Shown: piece after piece, positions 19,024-27,982 of the stretch
Numbering within the stretch: position 1 is the first letter of the stretch
How the letters are laid out: every line of letters starts with the position of its first letter
Origin: Planctomycetota bacterium
GTDB lineage: Bacteria > Planctomycetota > UBA8108 > SXIK01
Length of the DNA: 64,000 bases
Assembly: GCA_965223845.1 (NCBI GenBank)
Contig: CBDCXR010000004.1
Span: 1,728,001 to 1,792,000, forward strand
Reading direction: 5' to 3'
The notes under the pieces: model-generated
The model's database searches: none
What the model was told of the DNA's origin: nothing
What the model saw: only the letters and a program-made list of their open reading frames with translations
Translations under genes and position numbers: made by a program

Positions 19024-20346
19024 ATGCGTACTCGCCCCCAGAGATTCCCTGTCGTCCCGGCTTTCCTCGCGCTCTTGTGCGCGCTCGAGTTCTCGGCGGC
19101 GAAGCTCGTCGCGGATACGTCCGCCGAGGCGCAGCCGCGGAACATCATCCTCATGATCGGCGACGGGATGGGACTGCCGCAGATCACCTCGGGCCGGTTT
19201 CAAAAGGGCGCTCTCGCTCTCGATGACATGCCGGTCGTCGGATTTTCCGAGACGCAGAGTCTCGAGGATTTCGTGACCGACTCCGCGGCGGGCGCGACCG
19301 CCCTCGCGAGTGGGTTCCGGGTGAAGAACGGAGCGATCGCGCAGCACCCCGACGGATCTCCGACGAAAACGCTCTTCGAGTACGCGCACGAGCGCGGCAA
19401 GTGGACCGGCATCGTGGCGACTAGCCGCATCACTCACGCGACGCCGGCCTGCATGGTGACTCACGTCGCATCGCGGAACGATGAGTTCGAGATCGCCGCT
19501 CAGATCGCAGCGAGCGGGACGCACGTCATCCTCGGCGGGGGATGGGACAAGTTTCTTCCGTTTCCGCACCGGCGACTCGACGCTCCGCGCGGGAACCCGA
19601 GGGCGACGGAGGTCCTCACGCGAGCGACGAGTGCGTTAGGCCGCAAAGTCGCCGCCGCGCCGCCGGCCGGATTCGTTCACGACGGAGTGCCCTACGGCGC
19701 GCGACCCGACGGCCGCCACCTCGTCGCGGAAATGGTCGAGCGCGGCTACACCTTCGTTCGCAGCGCCCCCGAGCTCGCGGTCGCGGTCGGGCGCGGCCCG
19801 AATAAGATCATCGGTCTCTTCGACGGCGAGGCGATGCCCAAGGTGACCGAGGGACGCAGTCCCGGTCTCCAGGCGATGGCGATCGCCGCGCTGAGAACTC
19901 TGTCGCAATCGCCCGGCGGCTTCGTGCTCATGATCGAGGGATCACAGATCGACTGGGGCGGCCACGACAACGATCCGGGCTACGTCGTGCAGGAAATGGC
20001 GGACTTCGACAACACTCTCGAGTCCGTGCAGCGATTCCTCGAGAAGGCCGGAATCGCCGATGAGACTCTGATCGTTCTCACTTCGGACCACGAAACGGGA
20101 GGCCTCACCCTCACGAGGGACGAGAACTCGTCACTCGGTTGCACGCCGAAGTTCTCGACCGATTCTCACACGGGAGCCCCGGTTCCCGTCTTCTCGACCG
20201 GACCGGGATCGCGGCGCTTTCACGGCGTCCAGGATCACGCCTCGATCGGGAGAAAACTGATCCGAATCCTCGCGGGCGACGAAGTCGAGTTTCAGTATCC
20301 GATCACACACCGCCATCCCGACGGTGAGTCGACGAGCTCGCTATGA
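19024..20346 (+). CDS. phoA: Alkaline phosphatase (PhoA family)
   Basis: Signal peptide, NIILMIGDGMG, catalytic VTDSAAGATA, THATPA, IEGSQIDWGGHDND, TSDHETGG and HTG. Confidence 0.9.
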   Translation: MRTRPQRFPVVPAFLALLCALEFSAAKLVADTSAEAQPRNIILMIGDGMGLPQITSGRFQKGALALDDMPVVGFSETQSLEDFVTDSAAGATALASGFRVKNGAIAQHPDGSPTKTLFEYAHERGKWTGIVATSRITHATPACMVTHVASRNDEFEIAAQIAASGTHVILGGGWDKFLPFPHRRLDAPRGNPRATEVLTRATSALGRKVAAAPPAGFVHDGVPYGARPDGRHLVAEMVERGYTFVRSAPELAVAVGRGPNKIIGLFDGEAMPKVTEGRSPGLQAMAIAALRTLSQSPGGFVLMIEGSQIDWGGHDNDPGYVVQEMADFDNTLESVQRFLEKAGIADETLIVLTSDHETGGLTLTRDENSSLGCTPKFSTDSHTGAPVPVFSTGPGSRRFHGVQDHASIGRKLIRILAGDEVEFQYPITHRHPDGESTSSL

Positions 20347-20437
20347 TGTGAGCGGGAGATCCACCCGTGGGAGCACGGCGCAGTAGCCAAAGCGCCTGCC
20401 CGCTGCCTGCGCTCGTCCGAGGAACTCGAACCGTTTC

Positions 20438-21085
20438 CTAAGCGGACGTCGGTCGCCAGCGACCGCACGCGAGCGTTCCGGCGCGGAGCAGCACGGCACC
20501 GACGACGATCGACGCGAGGAATGCGAGGTGATCGGCGCTCGAACGTTCGTGAGGCACGGGGAGACGAGTGGAGCGAAACGCCGACTCGGCGTAGCGGTCG
20601 GCGTCGCGTCCCGGGGCGGAGACGGCGATGACGTAGGTCTGTTCCGCGCTGAGGACGAGAACGTTCTGGGCGTAGGCGAATCCGCGCTCGTCCACCCACT
20701 CGAGGTGGGCGCGGTACGCCGGCCGGCCGGCGTACTCGTCATAGGAGAACTGATCTAGATCGGGACCGAGATCACCCCCGAGCCTCGACTCGAGAGAATG
20801 GTGGGTGAGAGCCGCGTGCGCGCGAGAAAGGGCGGTCGCGCGGGGGAGAACGCCGACGACGAGATCCGCACGGCCGTCGGGGCTCGTCCAGCGGCGAACC
20901 GTGCTCTCGCCACGGGCGGGCGACCTCGATTCCCAGCCGTCGGGGACGGATACGGTGAGCTCTTCGAGGGTTATGTCACGCGCTTCGACCGTCGTCGTGA
21001 CGACGAGGGCTGTCACGAGGGCGATCGCTGTGCGGGCGAGGAAACTTCCGCGAGCAGGATTACGGGTTCGCTTCGAAGCGGTCAT
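20438..21085 (-). CDS. Hypothetical exported/membrane-anchored protein
   Basis: N-terminal signal-like segment, VSVPDGW and a C-terminal hydrophobic helix. Confidence 0.55.
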   Translation of the reverse strand: MTASKRTRNPARGSFLARTAIALVTALVVTTTVEARDITLEELTVSVPDGWESRSPARGESTVRRWTSPDGRADLVVGVLPRATALSRAHAALTHHSLESRLGGDLGPDLDQFSYDEYAGRPAYRAHLEWVDERGFAYAQNVLVLSAEQTYVIAVSAPGRDADRYAESAFRSTRLPVPHERSSADHLAFLASIVVGAVLLRAGTLACGRWRPTSA

Positions 21086-21412
21086 CGATTTCTCGGTCCT
21101 CGAACGCCGGTCGTTATGCGGAACGGTTGGGCCGCCGGAGGCCCCAAAACGTTCGCAACCTCCAGGAAAGTATTCCCTGGGGGCCGAGAACCGGCAAACG
21201 GTCCCGAAATCCGCCGCGGTTATCGGCGCCCGAACGACGCAAGTTCCGATCTCGCCGCATTCAGCGCAAGCTTGCTCGCCGCGCGTTTTCGGATGTTGCC
21301 GCTGATTCCGACCGAGAAGTCCTCGCCTGCGTCGAACCCCCGCTTCGAGCGAGAGTCTGAGGCGCTGAGTTCGAGGCGGGTCGGAGGCCGCCGCGCGGGC
21401 CGTCGGGTGCGT

Positions 21413-21667
21413 TCAATCTCCGACTAAGTCGGTTAGGGATTCGAGCCAGCTTCGCTTCTTGGGTTTCTCTCTCCGTTGCTCGTAGCGCCCTTCGTCGCGG
21501 GCTCTCCATGTCGAATCGTCGTCGAAGTCGCTGCGAGCGCGCGCGACGAGTCGCTCGAGTTCGCCGCGATCGAGCCACAGTCCGCGGCACTCGGGGCAAA
21601 CGTCGACGGTCACACCGTCGCGATCCCTTTCGAAGCGCTCTGCTGTGCAGCCTCGTGGACAGTTCAT
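21413..21667 (-). CDS. zf-TFIIB-type zinc-ribbon protein
   Basis: MNCPRGC...VDVCPECRGLWLDRGELERL with C-terminal KKRSWLESLTDL. RBS AAGGAG. Confidence 0.85.
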   Translation of the reverse strand: MNCPRGCTAERFERDRDGVTVDVCPECRGLWLDRGELERLVARARSDFDDDSTWRARDEGRYEQRREKPKKRSWLESLTDLVGD

Positions 21668-21733
21668 GGAAAACTCCTTTCCTTGTGAGCGGATTCCTCT
21701 AGGTGTGGTTCGGCGCCGCCGAGGCGGCCTGTG

Positions 21734-22999
21734 TCATGTACGGACCTCCGCGTGTTCCGCGTGTGGCCGGACGGTTCGATCCGTCGCTTCATCGTCTCGG
21801 GCGAGAAGGCGCTTGACGAGCAGGATGAAGAGCCCGGTGAGAGAGATATTGAGCGCGAGGGACAGGAGCGCGACGGTGAGGATCGGCCCTCCGATTCCGT
21901 AGGAGAGGGAGACGATCAGAACTCCAGCGCCCACCTCCCCGCGAGGCCACATGGCGACGCATACGGCGAGTCGCTCTTTGAGAGTGGCTTCCTTGCGGTA
22001 GCAGAAGAGCGGAAACATCTTGCCGAGATTCGAGAGCACCGTGACTGCGATGACGTGCAGCGCGATCGTTCCCCAGCCCAGCATCGGTTGAGAGCCGCTG
22101 AGAGTCTCGGCCGAGCCTGCTCCTGCGCTCAGAATCGCAGGCATGGACAGACCGACGAGCACCATGAACACCGCCGATATGATCGTCGAGACTCGCTGCT
22201 CCGACTCGCTCTCTGGTCCCTCGAGATGTCCTTCTCGAGCGTCGTCGGAATGAGGAGCATGCCCCGGTGGACGCGCCATCACACAGCCGAGCACGAAGGC
22301 GGGAAGGAGCACTTCGATGTGGATCGGGAGAGTGTCATCGAAGAGCTTGCTCCCGTGGTAAATGATCTCGGAGATCACCGTGATCACCCCGGAGTAGCCC
22401 AGCACCCACGGCCACGTAATCGGAATCCGGATTCGGTGCAGGTACTTCCAACCGAGCAGAAGGAGCACGGCCATGAACACCACGATGCCGCCGAGCTGCC
22501 AGGCGAGCCCGACCATGAGCATCTTGAGCGGGATCATGAGGAGAACGGTGTCGAGATCGTCGAAGATCGCGAGGATCCGCGTCTTTCGAAACATCCACGT
22601 CGCACTCAGACCCGCTGCGGCCAGCATCGAGAAGAGCACTCCGGCGGAGGTCGGGGCGGCGAACCGGCCGCTGAGGAGAGTTTCCTTCCACGCGTCGAAG
22701 GACTCGTACGAGCCCGCGGGAAGCATGACAAACAGGAAGTAGAGCGTGACGAAGATCCACGGAAATGCCGCGGCCGTCATGGCGACTACGTAGTCCCAGC
22801 CGTACTGCCGGAGGTTTTTCTTATCGACGTCGAACTCGTAGCCGACGTGGATCATGATGAACGCGAGCATCCACATCGTGAGCGCAGTCAGCACGTGCTT
22901 GATCGGGCCGAGGTGCTCGTCCCCGACGAGGAGCGGTAGGATCTGCGAGCCCGCGAGACCGAGAAGCAGTAGTACGGAAAATGCCGCGACCTTTTTCAC
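21734..22999 (-). CDS. Cation:proton antiporter (Na+/H+ exchanger family)
   Basis: Many TM segments with motifs APTSAGV, LAIFDDLD and MWPRGEVG. Lies next to nhaR. Confidence 0.85.
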   Translation of the reverse strand: MKKVAAFSVLLLLGLAGSQILPLLVGDEHLGPIKHVLTALTMWMLAFIMIHVGYEFDVDKKNLRQYGWDYVVAMTAAAFPWIFVTLYFLFVMLPAGSYESFDAWKETLLSGRFAAPTSAGVLFSMLAAAGLSATWMFRKTRILAIFDDLDTVLLMIPLKMLMVGLAWQLGGIVVFMAVLLLLGWKYLHRIRIPITWPWVLGYSGVITVISEIIYHGSKLFDDTLPIHIEVLLPAFVLGCVMARPPGHAPHSDDAREGHLEGPESESEQRVSTIISAVFMVLVGLSMPAILSAGAGSAETLSGSQPMLGWGTIALHVIAVTVLSNLGKMFPLFCYRKEATLKERLAVCVAMWPRGEVGAGVLIVSLSYGIGGPILTVALLSLALNISLTGLFILLVKRLLARDDEATDRTVRPHAEHAEVRT

Positions 23000-23178
23000 G
23001 AGATTCCTCCGTCGTCGTTCTCGGCCGGTCCCGAGCCCGTATCGGTCCTCACGATCTTCCCCGGCTCGATGCTGCGGACAGCGCCACGGACTCGCGCGAG
23101 CGCCTTCGAGATGGTTTTTCCGAGGAGGATTCGGTCCTGGTCCGCGTTTGCTGCGGAAATGGTTTCGAATCGGTTCAT
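22996..23178 (-). CDS. Small hypothetical protein (60 aa) coupled to the antiporter start
   Basis: RBS GGAAGGA before ATG 23178. TGA stop overlaps the antiporter GTG (GTGA). Confidence 0.45.
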   Translation of the reverse strand: MNRFETISAANADQDRILLGKTISKALARVRGAVRSIEPGKIVRTDTGSGPAENDDGGIS

Positions 23179-23212
23179 GGCTTTCCTTCCCATCGAATTC
23201 TGTTCTCAGGGA

Positions 23213-23277
23213 AGGGTAGGCGTTCGGGGACAGTTCGACAAATACGTATTATCGAGTTGAAGCATAGAGAAAACCGA
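23213..23277 (-). promoter_or_regulatory. Putative promoter and LysR (NhaR) box for the antiporter operon
   Basis: Minus strand TTGTCG-17 nt-TACCCT. T-N11-A box TAGAGAAAACCGA at 23265-23277 in the divergent intergenic region. Confidence 0.5.
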
Positions 23278-23291
23278 ACTACGATCTCGAC

Positions 23292-24197
23292 ATGGAATGG
23301 CTCAACTATCACCACCTGCTCTATTTCTGGGTTGTTTCCCGAGAGGGGAGCATCGTCAAAGCGACGGAGAAGCTCCGCGTCGCTCAGCCGACGATCAGCG
23401 GTCAGATTCGCGAGCTGGAGAACGCTCTCGGAGAGAAGCTCTTCGAGCGCGTCGGACGGAGCTTAGCGCTCACCGAGACCGGTCGGGTCGTCCAGCGATA
23501 CGCGGACGAGATCTTTGGTCTCGGCCAGGAAATGCTCCAGACGCTCAAAGGCCAGAGTCCGACGGGCAGGCAGCTCCGTGTGACCATCGGCATCGCGGAC
23601 GTCGTCCCCAAGCTCATCGCGCATCACTTGATCGAGGCGGTTCTCGCGCTCCCGGAGGATGTGCAAGTCACTTGTCTCGAGGGGAAGCCCGAAGGACTTC
23701 TCGCGGAGCTCGCGCGGCACAATCTCGATGTCGTGATCTCCGACTCGCCGATTCCGCCGACCGTACGGGTGCGCGCGTTCAATCATGTACTCGGTGAGAG
23801 CGCCGTCACTCTGTGCGGCGTGAGAGAGCTCGCCAGAAAGTACCGGAGGGGATTTCCGCGATCCCTGAACGAAGCGCCTCTCTTGCTGCCGACCGCGAAC
23901 GCCGTCTTGCGCCGGGATGTCGAGGACTGGCTCGAGTCCGAGGGGATCACGCCGACGATACGAGGCGAGTTCGACGACAGCGCGCTGATCAAGGTTGTCG
24001 GTCAGAGTGGAGCTGGGCTCTTTTTCGTGCCGTCCATCCTCGAGCGCGAGGTCAAGAAGCGTTACGGAGTCGAAAAGGTTGGGACGGTCGAATCCATCCG
24101 TGAGCGCTTTTACGCGATCTCTGTCGAGCGCCGGTTCAAGAACCCCGCGGTCATCGCCCTTTCGGAAAAGGCGAAGACTCTGCTTCTAACGGACTGA
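23292..24197 (+). CDS. nhaR: LysR-family transcriptional activator NhaR
   Basis: MEWLNYHHLLYFWVVSREGSI...QPTISGQIRELE, GIADVVPKLIA, EFDDSAL and FYAISVERR. Confidence 0.9.
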   Translation: MEWLNYHHLLYFWVVSREGSIVKATEKLRVAQPTISGQIRELENALGEKLFERVGRSLALTETGRVVQRYADEIFGLGQEMLQTLKGQSPTGRQLRVTIGIADVVPKLIAHHLIEAVLALPEDVQVTCLEGKPEGLLAELARHNLDVVISDSPIPPTVRVRAFNHVLGESAVTLCGVRELARKYRRGFPRSLNEAPLLLPTANAVLRRDVEDWLESEGITPTIRGEFDDSALIKVVGQSGAGLFFVPSILEREVKKRYGVEKVGTVESIRERFYAISVERRFKNPAVIALSEKAKTLLLTD

Positions 24198-24400
24198 TCG
24201 GCGCGCTGCCGAGTGGAACCTTCCCGACTCGACTCGGCAGCACGCGCGTGAGGGTCGCAACCCGCGGGAGTTACCCGGTGCGGTCGGGAACATATGCCGC
24301 GAGCCCGATGGTGGAATTGCGCGGAGCAGTCCTACCGGATCTCGGATCGACCTGCCCGCGGGCGCGACGAACGAGTGGGGAACCCGCAGTCGTCCACTCG

Positions 24401-24751
24401 CTACACTCCGATCGGCTGGAGCCCTCTCAAGCCGGCGCTGATTCGTCGGGCCCTAAATTTCCCGAGTTGTCGTGAGACCGCGCGCTTCGCTCGCTCAGCC
24501 GCAAAGTCGATCGCCTCGCGGGCACTCGCGGCGATGCCGGAGATCGCGATGGGATCGCCTCGCCGCAGAGTGATGACGAGACGGACGTATTTGTCGACTC
24601 CGCCGCGCGGACCGTTGACGTCATCGAGAGTCAGCGCGACGCGGAGCACTCGATTGGCGAAACGTCCGACGGCGAACCGCAGTTGCCTTTGAGCGTATTC
24701 TCGGTCGCTGGGGGTGAGGACGCTGCGGCGACTGGTGAGGACGAGTTCCAT
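24401..24751 (-). CDS. HPF/RaiA-family ribosome-associated protein (short form)
   Basis: RQLRFAVGRF...LDDVNGPRGGVDK...AIDFAAERAKRAV. RBS AAAGGAGG before ATG 24751. Confidence 0.8.
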   Translation of the reverse strand: MELVLTSRRSVLTPSDREYAQRQLRFAVGRFANRVLRVALTLDDVNGPRGGVDKYVRLVITLRRGDPIAISGIAASAREAIDFAAERAKRAVSRQLGKFRARRISAGLRGLQPIGV

Positions 24752-24846
24752 GTCATTTCCTCCTTTGGCGTGACTAGGTCTGTCTTTCACTTCGAGCATC
24801 GGGCGGAAACGACAAATCGTCCATTACGAAAGGTCGAGGCGTTCGT

Positions 24847-24859
24847 TCGGAAAAACCGA
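24847..24859. promoter_or_regulatory. Palindromic LysR-type box TCGG-N5-CCGA upstream of the HPF-like gene
   Basis: TCGGAAAAACCGA fits T-N11-A and resembles the 23265-23277 box. Confidence 0.45.
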
Positions 24860-25008
24860 GCTTTGTGCGAAGCCGGAATCGGTTGGCGAGACGGAACCCG
24901 TCGTGCGGAGAGATGGCGGCTCACCGTGAGCCCCCGCGCACGGTCTTCAACGCTCACGGGGCACCGGGAAGTGCAGCCGTCTCGGCTGGCTCCGGCGGCG
25001 AGGGGGAG

Positions 25009-26100
25009 TCAGCGCGTGCCCGGTACAAGTCGGGACATCGGCACCGTGAAGAAGAGCGGCGTATACTCCGCGAAGCGTCCTTCGGCTCGAGGTGTCGAAG
25101 CCGCGCGGTAGTTCCCGCGCACGGAGTCGGGATCGTTGACGATCCAAACCATTTCGGTCTTACGATCAACTGCGATGGCCTCCGGCGACACCCAGAGAAT
25201 CTCGCGTCCGTCCGGTGTGCGGAGCTCGAGATCGACGACCGCCGGTACGTCCTCGGGACGGGCGGGATCGATCACGAGAACGCGTTCCTGATCGCGCGCG
25301 AGGGCGAGGAGGACGCTGGTGTCGCCTCGATCGGCGAACGCGAGGCCGTTCAGATTGAGCCGGGCGTTCGGCTTCTCCGCGCGAGGCGGAACGCGAACGA
25401 ACGGGACGGGAACATCCTCCCACTCCGAATCGCCCAGGAGTTCTCCAGTTTCGAGCGCTCGACGGAGCAGCCGAGGTCGCTCGTCGCGAGCGCGCTCGAA
25501 TGCGATGTAGAGCCACCGTCCATCGGGAGACGCGACGATGCCTTCGCAGCGAAAGTTCGTGTCACCACGCCACGGCTCGACGCCAGCGGGCAGACGAATC
25601 GGAGTCAGAGTCTCGATCTCGAACTCTCCGCCGCTCGTCCGCTGGATCGTGGCCACCCACGGGATCTTGTCCTCGGTCACCGCGAAGAAGCGATTCGGAC
25701 GCGAGGGGTGGTGGCAAAGGCCTTCGAAATCGTGATTCGGAATCGCTTTGTAGCGTCGACCATCCTCGGCCGCGGCGAGATCGGCGGAGAGGCGAAGGCG
25801 AACCGGCGCATCCGACCAGCGTGCGGTTCGCGGGTCGATGCGCACGATATGGCCCGGATACGCGCTCCGCTGGTCGCCGATACACCAGAGCTCTCCCTTC
25901 GAGTAGGTGAGTCCCGACGGCTGATGGCCGCGCGTGAACGACCCGGGCAAGGTCGGCTCGCCGCGCTGGTCGAGAAGCCAACGACCCTCGAGGCGAACTC
26001 GTACGATCGGAGGCCGGTCCGGGGCGGCGCTCGAACGCACGGAGCCCACGAGCAGCGCCGCTGCAAGAAGAGTGATCGAGCTGCGAAGGGCTAGGGGCAT
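25009..26100 (-). CDS. Secreted SdiA-regulated/esterase-like phytase beta-propeller protein
   Basis: Signal peptide and blade motifs QPSGL, DFEGL, RCEGI, LNGL and SPEAIAVD. Confidence 0.6.
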   Translation of the reverse strand: MPLALRSSITLLAAALLVGSVRSSAAPDRPPIVRVRLEGRWLLDQRGEPTLPGSFTRGHQPSGLTYSKGELWCIGDQRSAYPGHIVRIDPRTARWSDAPVRLRLSADLAAAEDGRRYKAIPNHDFEGLCHHPSRPNRFFAVTEDKIPWVATIQRTSGGEFEIETLTPIRLPAGVEPWRGDTNFRCEGIVASPDGRWLYIAFERARDERPRLLRRALETGELLGDSEWEDVPVPFVRVPPRAEKPNARLNLNGLAFADRGDTSVLLALARDQERVLVIDPARPEDVPAVVDLELRTPDGREILWVSPEAIAVDRKTEMVWIVNDPDSVRGNYRAASTPRAEGRFAEYTPLFFTVPMSRLVPGTR

Positions 26101-26178
26101 ACGGTGACTTCAGGCTGGCGGAGAAGGCGCGCTCTTCCCATCATACCTGGCTTATCCGCAATGTGGAGGACGACGCGA

Positions 26179-27288
26179 ATGACCGAGTCACCGAACGATC
26201 TCGACTACCGCCCCGAACTTCCCAAGGACCGCAGCGTCGGAATCGGCTGCATCGGCGCCGGCTTCATCATGGCGGACTGCCATCTTGTCGCCTACCGAAA
26301 CGCCGGGTTTCGGCCGGTCGCCATTCAGAGTCGATCGCGCTCGCGCGCAGAGGAAGTCGCGGCCCGACATGGCATCGATCGCGTGCACTCGGATTGGCGC
26401 TCCGTCGTCGACGACCCGGGCGTCGAAGTGATCGATCTCGCCGTACCGCCACATGCGCAGCCCGAGATGATCGAATCGATCGCGTCGCGCCCGAACGGAG
26501 TCCGTGGAATCCTCGCGCAAAAGCCGCTCGCTCTCGACTACGTGACGGCCGAGCGTCTCGTCCGCGTGTGCGCTGATGCCGGAGTTGTTCTGAGCGTCAA
26601 TCAGAACATGCGCTACGACCAATCGATCCGTGCGCTTCGCGATGTCCTCGCCCGCGGACTCCTCGGCGAGCCCGTTCTTGCGACGATCGACATGCGCGCG
26701 ATCCCGCACTGGATGGACTGGGTGAAGGCCTACGGAAAGCTCTCGTACTACGTGATGAGCATCCACCACCTCGACGCCTTCCGCTTCTTGTTCGGCTCTC
26801 CCGAGCGTGTTCTCGCGAGCTGCCGCCCGGACCCGCGTACGGAGTTCCAGCATCGCGACGGAATCACGCTCTACATCCTCGAGTACGCGAGCGGTCTTCG
26901 GTGCCTCGGGCTCGACGACGTTTGGGCCGGACCGGCGCGGGAGGGCGCCGCGGCGGACATCTCCATTCGCTGGCGCGTCGAAGGGACCGAGGGACTCGCG
27001 ACGGGGACGATCGGCTGGCCCAGCTATCCGGAGCGAACGCCGAGCACGCTTCGGTACTCGACGCGGGCGAGCGGCAGCGAGTGGATCGAGCCGACCTGGG
27101 ACGAGGTCTGGTTTCCCGACGCGTTCGTCGGGACGATGGCTCAGCTCCTCGTCGCCCTCGAACGAGGCGAGACGCCGGAGATCAGCGCCGAGGACAATCT
27201 CGAGACGCTCGCTCTGGTCGAGGCATGCTACCGAGGAGCGACCGAGGGGCGAGTGATCTCCCCGGCCGAAGTTCGCGCGGGAGCGTAG
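26179..27288 (+). CDS. Gfo/Idh/MocA-family oxidoreductase
   Basis: [24 protein letters not shown] and SIHHLD. Confidence 0.88.
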   Translation: MTESPNDLDYRPELPKDRSVGIGCIGAGFIMADCHLVAYRNAGFRPVAIQSRSRSRAEEVAARHGIDRVHSDWRSVVDDPGVEVIDLAVPPHAQPEMIESIASRPNGVRGILAQKPLALDYVTAERLVRVCADAGVVLSVNQNMRYDQSIRALRDVLARGLLGEPVLATIDMRAIPHWMDWVKAYGKLSYYVMSIHHLDAFRFLFGSPERVLASCRPDPRTEFQHRDGITLYILEYASGLRCLGLDDVWAGPAREGAAADISIRWRVEGTEGLATGTIGWPSYPERTPSTLRYSTRASGSEWIEPTWDEVWFPDAFVGTMAQLLVALERGETPEISAEDNLETLALVEACYRGATEGRVISPAEVRAGA

Positions 27289-27392
27289 TTCCCACGAATC
27301 GCCCTCCTCATTTGCAATCCCGCGACGGCGCTGCACAATGTGCCTCGTCGTGAGAGTCTGTTCGCGAAAGGTAGAGGAGGAGGAGATCAGTC

Positions 27393-27851
27393 GTGGCCAA
27401 ACGCGCCGGGTGGGATGAGTACTTCATGCGAATCGCGGTCGAGGTCGCGAGCCGCGCGACTTGCGACCGAAAGCACGTCGGCGCGGTCATCGTTCGCGAG
27501 AAAAACATTCTCTCGACGGGATACAACGGCTCCATCGTCGGTATGCCGCACTGCGACGATGTCGGCCACATGATGGAGAACGGTCACTGCGTCGGTACCG
27601 TGCACGCTGAAGCGAATGCGATCCTTCAAGCGGCGAAGCACGGCGTGAGCATCCACGGGGCGTCGATCTACACGACGGCGAGTCCCTGTTGGAACTGCTT
27701 CAAGCTGATCGCCAACGCCGGAATGAACCGGATTTTCTTCGGCGAGTTCTACCGCGACGAGCGTATCTTCGAGATCGCACAGAGGGTGGGGATCGAGCTC
27801 GTCGACCTGTCGCGAATCGTGAAGCTCGAACCGAGCTCGACGGGACGCTGA
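27393..27851 (+). CDS. dCMP deaminase (ComEB-like)
   Basis: WDEYFM, RATCDRKHVGAVI, TGYNG, HAEANA and SPCWNC. Strong RBS GAGGAGGAG. Confidence 0.9.
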   Translation: MAKRAGWDEYFMRIAVEVASRATCDRKHVGAVIVREKNILSTGYNGSIVGMPHCDDVGHMMENGHCVGTVHAEANAILQAAKHGVSIHGASIYTTASPCWNCFKLIANAGMNRIFFGEFYRDERIFEIAQRVGIELVDLSRIVKLEPSSTGR

Positions 27852-27982
27852 CATTGAAGGAACCGGCCGTCCGCCTCAATACGTTCGGCCGATGAATCGG
27901 AGCACGCCCGTGGTCTGAGTCCATCCAGACCACGGCCGTGCTCGCGAGGGGTCCCGGCCACGGACGAGCTACGATTCGCGGA

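Noticed and set aside
27393-27851. Anti-phage dCTP deaminase
   Set aside because: Only 152 aa with no kinase-like domain and no defence context; fits housekeeping dCMP deaminase
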